Below are positions 24,554 to 35,235 of a stretch of DNA of 64,000 nucleotides, in pieces. The number at the start of each line of letters is the position of its first letter. Within the stretch, counting starts at the first letter, position 1. This DNA comes from Eledone cirrhosa. Taxonomy: Eukaryota. Location of the stretch: positions 57,350,001 to 57,414,000 of the forward strand of contig OZ024741.1 in the NCBI GenBank assembly GCA_964016885.1, read 5' to 3'. A program made the translations under genes and the position numbers. The notes beneath the pieces are model-generated. The model was not told the origin of the DNA, did not search any database, and saw nothing but the letters and a program-made list of their open reading frames with translations.

Positions 24554-26025
24554 CAATGTGATTGGCATTAGGAACCGTAGAAAACCAGCCAGAAACACCC
24601 TATATGAGCGAGACATGGTCACCCGACCTAACTTACCTCTAAATGGGATCCATCTAACCCATGCTAGCATGGACGATAGATGTTATTCGATGACGATGAT
24701 AAAATCTATGACATTATCCACGATGAAATAATTGCTGAGTTTACATTTAAAAGCACAAAGTATTAATGAAAACAACAAACGGAATTAAATATATTTGGTT
24801 ACTAATTTACGCAATGGGTGTTGGAGAAAGTCAATTAAATCAACACCAATACTTGACTGGTATTTTATTATGTCCAACCTCTGCAGGATTTGATATCTAT
24901 AACACTGGAACTATACAATAATGAAGTCCTTTCTTCGGTGTAACACTTTTTCCATTCTCTCTGCTGGTAACATGAAGCAACATCCACCTAAGATTTTGCA
25001 TTTCAGAGAGAACAGAAGAACGCTTAATTGGTTGATTCATGCCATTGTTACTCATTCTGTGTGTATGTTTGTTGAACCTTCGTCAAGCGGAACACAACCT
25101 GCTCATAAAATGATGTGCATGTGACAGAGCATTCCACAGACATGTACACCCTTAACATACTTTCCTCGGGGATTCAGTGGGACACTGTGTGTGGTAAAAT
25201 TGGCTCTTTGAATTACAAGTGCAACTTGTTGGAGCAACATGAAATAAAGTGTCTTGCTCAAGAGTACAATGGACCGCCAGGAATCAAACTCTTGACTATA
25301 CAAGCATGATGTGTCAAACACATGCCTTCAATATATATGTTTGTGTGTATATATCTATACTTGCATTAGACCTGTCAACTCTTCCTGTTCAATGGGGAGA
25401 ACTCTCACCCACTTTGGGGTGGGTGAGAGATGTCTTCTCTTGTGAAAATGGCTATAGCTTTCATTATGTAAAATCTCCCCATTTTGCATAATTTCTCCGT
25501 TTTTGGGGCACTTTTTTTCATGGTACTTTCCATTTGTGTTTTTAGAGGTTGGCAGGTCTGTTACATACATATATAATAATTTATTTAACAATTTTGCAGA
25601 GCGCATTATTAAGAAAGTTATGAGGAGCACTAAACTGTTATGCGTAGAAATGTTTCACCACCATATTTCTAATGAAAGATGTTGCCTGTGATTTTCAAAT
25701 ATTTTTGAGAGATTTAGTAATATAACTCCTTTTCTCATTATTAAGTTGTATGTTCTGAATTCAAATCCTGCCAAGACTGGCTTTGCCTTTGATCTTTGTG
25801 GGGTCGATAAAATAAAGTAGCAGTAATGCACTGGAGTCAATTTAATTGACTTTCCTCCCTCCAAAATTGTTGACCTTGTGCCTAAATCAGATACAATTAT
25901 AATGGAATTCCTTTATTTCACATAATTATACATACAAATAAAGACAATTTATATTAAATCAACTTTCCTCTCACCCCAAAAAATTGTTGGCCTTGTGCTT
26001 AAATCAGAAATCATTATTAAGTTCT

Positions 26026-26212
26026 GGATTGGCAGTATTGGTCGAAGGTCGGACGCCATGCTTTGACGCATAGAGTTACAGCCCTTGCCATTCTGAGTTC
26101 AAATCTCGCTGAGGTTAACTTTGCCTTTCATCCTTACGGGGGTCGATAAAATAAAGTACCAGTAATACACTGGGTATTTGTTGGCCTTGTGTCAAAAGTA
26201 GAAACAATTATT
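26026..26212 (+). mobile_element. tRNA-derived SINE
   Basis: GGATTGGCAGTATTGGTCGAAGGTCGGACGCC...CTGAGTTCAAATC...GGGGTCGATAAAATAAAGTACCAGT...AGAAACAATTATT. Confidence 0.8.
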
Positions 26213-26523
26213 AAGTTGTTGTTTGAAATATAACTTAACAAAGGTTTTTACATAAAATTTTAATGGGATATCTTTAGATAAATATAAACGTTTTAAAACA
26301 AAGAGTTTTGTACCATAGGTCAAAGGATGGTTTCATGAAGTTTGGTATCAAAGTTGTTTTTTTTTATATTTATTTAATTTTATTTATTTATCTATTTCCC
26401 AAAAAAATCTTTTAAAAATCAAAATAGCTGTTTAGCAAGGAACATTTTCAGAATTGGGATCTGGAAAAAGTTAAAACTTTGAAAACAAAATTTGGTGAAT
26501 GTTTTGTTTGAGGACAGACAATA

Positions 26524-26707
26524 TAATTGTTTCTACTTTTGGCACAAAGCTAGCAATTACCCAGTGCATTACTGGTACTTTGTTTTATCGACGCCGTAAG
26601 GATGAAAGGCCAAGTTAACCTCGGCGGGATTTGAACTCAGAATGGCAAGGGCCGTAACTCTATGCGTCAAAGCATGGCGTCCAACCCTCTACCGATACTG
26701 CTAATCC
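26524..26707 (-). mobile_element. tRNA-derived SINE, inverted relative to 26026-26212
   Basis: Close reverse complement of 26026-26212 over its full length. Confidence 0.8.
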
Positions 26708-28394
26708 ACCACCACCAAGGACAGACAATATAATAAAAGTATATACGGACCCATATACAATATTTTTATGTATAATTAACATGTATTTAATCTCAAAATG
26801 TGTAAGCTGTGATATGACCACAGCTTTTGCACATAATAAACACACATATTGATCTATATACAATATCATCATCATCATCGTTTAACGTCTATCTTCCACG
26901 ATGATGAAATATGTTTAAACATAAATTTAGTTTTGCTATGTGTATTTTAAGCTGTAATCATATCAAATCTACTTTTGTATTCATGTAAGACCAGTGGATT
27001 ACATGTATTCCAGAGTAGTTATTATCGTCAGAACTTATACCAAACACAGAGGTATGAAAAACAAGCTAGTCTTCTTGAAAGATTATTTATATATAGTGCA
27101 GGCTTGACCAACTAGTATATATTAGTGATAGCACTAACACAGAGTGATTTAGAATAAAAGTATATACTATTTATATACAATGTTTATGTATAATTAGTCT
27201 CAGTATGAGTTTTTTATATAATGAAAGTGAATGAAAATAAAAGTATTTGCTTTTTTCACTGTAAATCTTTGCCTTTTGAATTCTCTTTTTAGTCATTAAA
27301 CTTAAAGATATTTTTATGAAAATTTCTATCTGTGAATTTCTTTTCAATACCAACTTGTTCTCTTACAACAGACTGTAGTCAATTGTCGCCCATCAATAAA
27401 TTAGCTCAACAAGATGAGTGAGTTATTGTTGGCGACTCATCTTATTGAAGTATCAGATGATGGTCAAGAAAGTGCTTGGCTGTTTTAGGTTGCCTCAGAA
27501 ATGTTTAGAAGGCTACGCCAGCATTCCCTGTTGTAGTGTGTAATTGAGACAGTGTGTATGTCTTCTCCCTTTCTGATTAATTTTTATTTACTCTTATACT
27601 GCTTTCAGTTATTAGACTGCAATTATGTGCAGCAGCTTGGGTAAGTGTCTTCTACTATAGTTGTTGGTTGACAAATGTCTTGTCAGAGAAATTAGGTTGA
27701 CAAACTACAGAAACCTGTCACACACACACGCATATATATTGTCATAGTTGAGAAGGTGATGCTGCCAATAAAAATACACACCTTTTGGTTTTCACTTCAA
27801 TTTATTACAAAATAAATGGTTGGTTGGTTGGTTTAAATAAACGTATAATAAATAAATATAAACACACACTCGGATATAATGCATGTACAATCGAAGTACA
27901 CAGTACACAAAAACAAGATGGTGTAGGACAGAACAAAGGAGAGACACAAAATAACAAAATCACTGAGGGGGTCACAGAATGTGTGATGAAAGAGCTTTGA
28001 CAATAAATAACCATTTGATTATTAAACCAACCAACTGGAAATCATCATTATCGTTTAACCTCCATCTTCCATGCTAGCATGGGTTGGACAATCTATATCA
28101 TCATCATCATTTTACGTCTGCTTCATTTGTTGGTAGGTTGGTTGAATCACATGAAAACTACACACACACACACACACATCTAAAGAGAGAGAGAGATTCA
28201 ATTAAAGTTTTAGATATTCAGAGAGAGAGTGACGTCCCACAAAAGTATCAGTTGAAGGTTTAACAATATTGCGTTAGCTTTTATAAAGTCGTTTTACAGT
28301 CTTTGATTTTACAGAACAAAGAAAAATTGATACTATTTGAAATTAATCTACCCTCCAGCTTTTATCCATATAATACTTACAGTCCATACTAACG

Positions 28395-28585
28395 AAGCAT
28401 CACTTGAGAAGCAATATTATGCGGCATATTGCTGTGTTTCAGATGACGTCCTTTGGAGCTGAAAAAGATCATACTGACTATGGTTATTTCACATTTAAAA
28501 TCCAAGGCCAATTCTACCATTTAATCGGCAGTTTACTCCCCTAGCCTAATAAGGAAGTTTTATGATTGTTTTATTTTTATGTCTC
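28395..28585 (+). mobile_element. Helitron RepHel coding remnant
   Basis: Translates to AVFQMTSFGAEKDHTDYGYFTFKIQGQFYHLIGSLLP*, matching the conserved Helitron Rep N-terminal motif FQMTSFGA...TFKIQGQxYHxxGSLLP. Confidence 0.8.
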
Positions 28586-28985
28586 GCACACACATACACT
28601 ATGGTCTCACATGTGTTGTCTCATACCAGACAACACATACAATTTTATCCGTCTTCTTTTAACTGTTCTCCCAGGCAAAGCCGGCTACCTCAACTAGTTT
28701 ATAATAAATTGAAGGGAAAACCAATAGGTGCTTGTGTTTTTGTTGGTAGCATGGAAGTATAACAATATCTGTTTTAACACCTTTTCAGATAAGAAATCTT
28801 GCAAAAGAAATACGAAAACGAAGTATATATATATATATACATACATTTAAGTTTGGTGGTTCACCACTGGTCATTCCGTATAGCCAACCATGATGTAATA
28901 TTAGGAAAAGAACTCAACATTATGCAACTCATCCATCTTTGATGTTGAATCTTGGTGGTGGTGCGATAACGGAATTAATTATTAT

Positions 28986-29195
28986 TGAGTAAAATGACAG
29001 CAGGCTGGACTGGTGAAATTCCTTCAAATATTTCAGTGGCCAGGTTACTGGTGATATCATCAGGTGTTTATTGCAATAAACACCTGATGATGTCACCATG
29101 ATCTTACGTAAACTGGCCACTGAAATGTACATAGTGTTTGCTAAAATAAATATTTGAAGGAATTTCACCAGTCTGGCCTTCTGTCATTTTACTCA
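28986..29195. mobile_element. Fold-back Penelope-like element with a hammerhead motif
   Basis: Inverted arms TGAGTAAAATGACAG.../...CTGTCATTTTACTCA around the centre GTGTTTATTG|CAATAAACAC. Confidence 0.65.
29078..29139 (+). ncRNA. Minimal type I hammerhead ribozyme motif
   Basis: Helix I AAACAC/GTGTTT; CTGATGA 29084-29090; imperfect helix II; GAAA 29122-29125; palindromic helix III ATGTACAT; AUA triplet. Confidence 0.65.
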
Positions 29196-29862
29196 GAGGG
29201 ACATACGACTCGGTTTGGATACTCCTGTCGCCTGTCATTTCTGTTCTACTGGTCATTCTTCCCTACGTTTCATTCCTGGGTGTCCTTTTACATCATGGAT
29301 CACAGGCCTCACGCACCAGGACTGAACAAAGTCAGATTCACCACCTTGGGTCCTATTCCCCTCTTGGACTCAACTCACCTCCCCAATTTCTCTAATACCC
29401 TGTTCATTATCACACCCCTAGATTCCTATCGCTTTCTCTTAATCATTAACATCGCTTCTCTTAATCATTAACATCTTCTCTTACAACTAATACAGGCCGA
29501 TTATATATGCTCACTCCACTTTTCCCTTCACTGCTCCGTATACACACATACACAACCTTATATTAACATACTTTTGCTCATAGCCTCGTACTTACATGCA
29601 TACACACTTGTTTACTCATATATACGCACACATTTCTTCTTAGCTTCGTACGGATGTATAATAACACACACACACACACATGCTTACGCACGTGCACAAG
29701 TATCCCTCTTCCTGCTATATCAAGCGTTAACCTAATATATCCTTTCCATATACTGTACCGATTGTGTTGTTATTTCTGTTTACCTTTTACATATATATAT
29801 ATATATATGTATGTATGTATGTATATGTATATGTGTATATATATATATGTATGTATATATGT

Positions 29863-32800
29863 GATGAGAGACTCCTGCAACATCTTCACTCTTTGTTTGG
29901 CAGGATATGGGCTAATGAATCCGTACCTGAGGACTGGAGAGATGCAGTAATGGTGGTCTTGTACAAGGGAAAGGGTAACAGGAATGATTGTGGGAACTAC
30001 AGAGGTATATCATTGCTTTCTGTCGTAGGGAAAGTTTTATGTAGGGTGCTTCTGGACCGTCTGCTGACACACATTGCAAATTGTGTTCTTCCTGAAAGTC
30101 AATCTGGTTTTTGTGCTGGACGCGGCACTACTGATATGATCTTCTCAGCTAGACAGCTCCAGGAGAAGTGCATGGAACAAGATTTGGATCTGTATCAGGT
30201 TTTTGTCGATCTGACAAAAGCTTTCGATACTGTTAACAGAAATGCATTATGGAAGGTTCTCCAGAAACTTGGTTGCCCTAATAAGTTCCTTGCTTTAGTT
30301 AGCTCTTTCCAAGACAACATGAAGGCTTGGGTTAATGTCGGAGCCTATCTCAGTAAAAAATGGAGTGAAACAGGGGGATATTCCAGCACCGACCCTGTTT
30401 GCCATATACTTTGCAATGGTTTTCTGTATAGCATTCAGGAATTGCGAGCATGGTGTTTACATCCGATATCGAACCTCAGGCAGCATATTTAACATAAGGC
30501 GCTTTGCTGCAAAAACAAAAGTATTTACATCACTCATAAGAGACCTCTTGTATGCAGATGATTGTGATCTTGTAGCGCACACAGAGAGTGATATGCAGCA
30601 CATTTTCAATGCATTTTCTGATGCTTGCACTGCCCTAGGATTGACTGTCAGTCTCAAGAAAACCGTCGTCATGTACCAACCTGCCCTTGGTAAGCAGTAC
30701 AGTGAACCAAATATCTATGTGTATGGTAAACGACTTGGAATGGTTGATCAGTTTATCTACCTGGGAAGAACTGTCAATCGATACAGCAACCTTGACAGTG
30801 AAATCCCACTCAGGATTAGGAAAGCAAGTGATGCTTTCGGAAAGCTAGAAAGGCGACTCTGGGGTCGGCGAGACATATGCAATAAGGTAAAGGTGTACAA
30901 GGCATGGGTGCTCTCTTTTCTTCTTTATGCCTGCGAGACCTGGTTTAGCAGTATTAGTTATAGAGTAGTCGTGTTCACCACTTTAACAGGGTAGATGATT
31001 GAAGGGTCGTTAGTTGCCAGTGTGGTAAGTGATAGTATCCTCGTTGGATTATCTTGTTGACATAGACGTGAGGGAAGGTCCCTCGATCTATTTACCATCT
31101 ATTTACAATATTCCTTTCGTCAGGTCGCCAATTCCAGCAGCATGGATTATAGATGTTATTGAGACACGAGTAACATAATAATGATTTCAACAGCAGTAAT
31201 TAGAGATGAAATGTATGTTTATTTTTGATGTAGTACAAACAATGTTTGTTAACTTATATGGTTGAAGTTACAGATAAAAAGAGGTTACAAAAGGGAATAT
31301 GCCATTGCGCCGTTAAGCCGGCGAGGCTAGGGTGCAATATCTCACCGTTACATTATGCGTGTTGCTGGTTCGAAGTTTCTGGTACAAGAGAGAGATTCTT
31401 CAAATCTTCGCGGGGAATTTCTTTCCCACGGCGCGTAGGGATACATCCTCTTCTACTGGCGCTGATTGGCTGAACTGAGCCAAATCACGCACAGAGAATG
31501 TATGTGAGCCCGCGGAATGTAGGTCACTACAATACCCCCTTTCTAGACGGTAGTCGATACAGATTATTAAATCAGCAAGAACAAATGCTGAAAGAGCACA
31601 TCAGTGACAAAACAATTGAGCAGAAGGCTGCATGCAAGAAAAAAAATGAGGCGCTACGGGCCGTGTTGAGCCGCTGTGTCAAATGACCAGTTGTTTTGTT
31701 GTTTATATGTGACCGCCAAAGGTCTAACAAAAAACGGATAAAGTCTGACATAGGCGAAGTTGCTGTTCTTGCATTAAATGTCAATGGCAAGTGCTGCACC
31801 TGTAGCTGTGGACGAAGCTATTATGGCAGTGCTGGCAAGAAGATGATGGGTAGGCGAGAAAATGTTGGCCTCCCAGATGTATTGCCGAATGTGCTAGGGA
31901 GCCAGGAAAAAATGGCTGGTTGCTTTGTAAAGAAAAAAAGGCAAGTTTAATCTGTAGGTGGGTTGCAGTGTAAATTCCATAATTCGGGCGAATCCACAGA
32001 AGTGGTCGAAATACTGACAAGTCCAGTTCAATTTGTTGCTTTCCCAGCGAGTAGGGCAAAAACAACAAGACGGATGGCCGTCATGGACGATCAGTGTGCA
32101 ACGAGATGCGAAGCTGTTTGAGTTCAGCGGCAATTAGTATTCTCGTGTTGCGGTGCCTGTTTGAATCCAGTGGATTAAGCTCTGTGAGCTGCTAGCATGT
32201 GACAGCACCTCGACCAGGTGAAAAGGGACTCGCAGAATATTACGTTTGAAGAACATATACCAAGAACAACATGTTGGTGTGTGATAAAAAAATGTGTGCA
32301 TATGCAGGCATGTAAAACAGCAAAGAATGTGAATGAACAAAAACCATGAGCAAGCAAATGGCAAAAGAGCACAAAACAAGTAAATGCATCCTACAAAGAA
32401 ATATGTGAATGTAACAAACTGATAATTCAAAGTCAATCTAAGGGAGCAGAGAAATTGCTCAATAAGTTCAAAGTTTTTCAAAGTCAAATAGTTCACACCT
32501 CACCAGTGTACAGACACTAGTTCTATCTGAAAACTGAAAAAGAAGTTTGTTAATGCCGTTAGGGGTTAGATGTATGGTGTTTTTGTGAGTTTTCGTGGCC
32601 ATTTTACCGTCCTGCCACAAGGTTGTGTTGCTTATTGTTAAAGCAAAGTCAAAGAATCTTCTGTAGAGTAGCAGTCACCAAACATGGCAGCCACGTCTGA
32701 CGCCATAATGGTGAGAAAACTACTGTCTCAATTTCTCGAGTCCCTGTGGTAACGAGACAGAAGGTATGGTGGTTGCGTCGGTAAAGTTACAAGCCGTTTT

Positions 32801-34034
32801 GAAATTTCCGATGTGTGGTGGTTTGCGTCGGTAAGGCTATGAAGCTGCCACTCACTGTTCCTTGTATTGGTCAGTGGTTAAACAACGCTGTCACTGCTGC
32901 TGTCGTTGTCGAGTGTAGTTAGGACTTGTCGGTAGCCATCTTGAAATTTTTTGAAATACTGCTAATTTTTCAAAAAAATTTTGAAAGGAATATATTGTAT
33001 TTTCGCAAGTTGCGAAAAAGGTTGGCAACGTGGCAATAAAAGTTCAACTGAATGAAAAAGAAGGGCTGCGTTAAATTCTTACGTCGGTCACCACTGGGTC
33101 GCATATCGACACCACGTTTCCATCAGATGTGTCTCAGACGGATCCATGGCGTTCAATGGAGGGACCACATCAGTGATGTCGAGATTTTGTAAAGCTCTAT
33201 GTGTGACAGTATAGAAGCTCTTGTGCTTAAGCAACGACTCCGTTGGAGTGATCACCTTGCCAGGATGAAGGATTCTAGAATACCAAAACAACTCTTTTAT
33301 GGAGAGTTAGTTAAAGGAAAACGACCGCCACATAAACCAAAAAAGAGGTATAAGGATTCCTTGAAAGCCTCTTTGAAGGACGCTAACATCTCTGTTGATA
33401 CATGGGAAAATGTTGTTTCTGATCGTAATAAATGGAGAAAGACTGTATATGAGGGAAAAGTTGCCTTTGAGGCATCTCGAATCGCATACGAGAAAGTAAA
33501 GCGGGATGTGAGGAAGGGTATTGCTGTTGTACTTCCAGACGGCGAAGGTCCTCCTATGGTGCTGACATGCAGCGTCTATGCGAGACTCTGCCTAAGCAAA
33601 GCTGGACTCGAAAGTCATCTTCACAGTCATAAAGTAAGACCAGTGGTTGACTACCAGGCTGCTGTTGGAGATGCTACTCATCATGCTTGCCAAACATGTG
33701 GTAGAGAATGTAAATCAACAGGAGGGCTCAAGCGACATGCAAAAGTACACGAACTACAACCACAGCCGACTATTCCCAGTAAATGTTTTGGTTGCCGACT
33801 CTGTGCAAGACATTTTAGATCATTGGCTGGGCTAAAAAGCCACATTCGATCGCAGCACTGTTAATTGCTATCGTGTGTGTATTGATATGTTTATGTGTGT
33901 GTATATATATATATGTATATTATTATTGTTGTTGTTGTCGTTATTATTATTGTTGTTATTATTATTATTGTTATTATTATGTTTTTTTTTTCTTGTGCAA
34001 TGGCCATACTTGATAACAGGGGGCAGCCATCATC
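29863..34034 (+). mobile_element. 5'-truncated RTE-clade LINE (RT domain plus C-terminal C2H2-type zinc fingers), pseudogenised and interrupted by an LTR element
   Basis: RT motifs NYRGISLLS, ESQSGF, FVDLTKAFD, GVKQGD and LYADD (29863-30943) continue after the insertion as FHQMCLRRI and RIPKQLFYGEL to the stop at 33864. (CAT)n tail. 12-bp TSD ATGTATATATGT at 29851-29862 and 34035-34046. Contains a frameshift and an in-frame stop. Confidence 0.92.
30944..33093 (-). mobile_element. Non-autonomous Gypsy-like LTR element with a single (3') LTR, a PPT and a tRNA-Trp-like PBS
   Basis: On the minus strand: PBS TGGTGACCGACGT at 33093-33081; about 1.55 kb internal region with no intact gag/pol; PPT AGAAAGGGGGTAT at 31544-31532; LTR TGTAGTGAC...TACTGCTAAA at 31531-30944. 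4-bp TSD CTGG at 30940-30943 and 33094-33097. Confidence 0.8.
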
Positions 34035-34174
34035 ATGTATATATGTATCTGTTAGCAGTGACTAACAACACAATGTTTTAAGTCTGCGTGTCTGACACAC
34101 ATGCATAGCTTGTGAATAAAAAATTCAAGGGATGTCGCTGGCCGTGGTGATCCCTGCCAAACATGTTTTGTAAT

Positions 34175-34326
34175 GTATCGTCTTATTGGCTAATCAACCA
34201 ACGAGAGTAATTGTTGCTCGAAAGCATCCGCCATTTTGTTTGCACGTTTATTTATCGTTTTGCTTTCGAATCGACCTCCTGTATTTCGTCATTTATCATC
34301 AAAATATTTTTCTCGTTTTGGTAAGT
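34175..34326 (+). promoter_or_regulatory. Candidate promoter and non-coding first exon of an unidentified transcript
   Basis: CpG-enriched patch with ATTGG (inverted CCAAT) at about 34185, YY1-type CCGCCATTTT at 34228, and a consensus donor G|GTAAGT at 34320/34321 followed by very AT-rich intron-like DNA. Confidence 0.45.
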
Positions 34327-34660
34327 TATATTGTTAATTTATATATGATTTTTTAAATTTATATTAACTATTTTTTTTTTCAGTTCGTTATAACATGCTT
34401 ATAATATTGGTTGTATCATATTTACTTGTATATTTGTCCATATTATTGTTCGTTTTATGTTAGATTATTTTATTATTATTATATTAGATTATTTTTATTT
34501 AATTTTTATTAATTCAACTATAACAATTATTATGTAAAATATATTTATTTATTATTGATTGTTTTTTGTAGTTGTTTATATTAAAAGTCTGAAAATATGT
34601 TTATACATCTTACAATAATGTTTATAAGATCATTTATAAAATAACAATTATATAATCTAA

Positions 34661-35235
34661 CTAGCAGTGGTACCCGGCGTTGCACGGGATAAGGTATTGT
34701 GAAATATATAACCGCCTTAGCTAAGCTTAGTATTGCCACAACCATGGCTGGCAAAGAAGTAAGGGTCTGGTGGTACGTAAGTAAGCAACAGTGTGGCTTA
34801 AAACGTGAGGAAGAAGTTGTATGCACTTACCAACTGTTTGGGGAATGAGTGTGAGATTTGTCTTGAGCAAGAGTGGCAGAATAACCGGAGGCAGCAGACA
34901 GCCAGATATATAGACAGATATTATAAGGGCGCGTTCTGGATGCAGAGCGAATTGTGGGAAGTGACGTAATCAGACAGCCAGACAGATATTATAAGGGCGT
35001 GACGTTATATGTATGTATCTATCTAAAAAGAGAAAGACTAAGAATTATAGAGAGAGATCGCCTAATGCGGTCCCTAGGGCATTGAAAATTTGAATTTTCT
35101 TTTGCTCAGAACACTCCTTGACACATAAGGTTTACATGTGTAAAGTTTGAAAGCAGTCGGTTGGGTGCTTCTCTAGTTTTAGGGATTCAAACTCACACAC
35201 ACACAGACAGACATCCTCAGTTTTATATATATAGA
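34661..35235 (-). mobile_element. Non-autonomous Helitron 1
   Basis: Minus-strand 5' end TCTATATATATAAAACTGAGGATGTCTGTCTG; 3' hairpin CCCGTGCAACGCCGGG followed by CTAG|T. Confidence 0.75.

Noticed and set aside
13266-24731. Very long ORFs (up to 2181 aa) on the minus strand and K/H-rich ORFs on the plus strand
   Set aside because: All three minus frames are open because the 48-bp unit has no stop codon on that strand. Frequent 1-2-bp indels switch frames freely, so there is no sign of coding constraint.
28381-28458. Apparent minus-strand exon with a good acceptor and a GTAAGT donor
   Set aside because: It has stops in all three frames, and the plus strand is explained by a Helitron Rep motif.
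31246-32496. Short ORFs inside the LTR element as gag/pol/env
   Set aside because: No protease, RT, RNase H or integrase motifs are recognisable.
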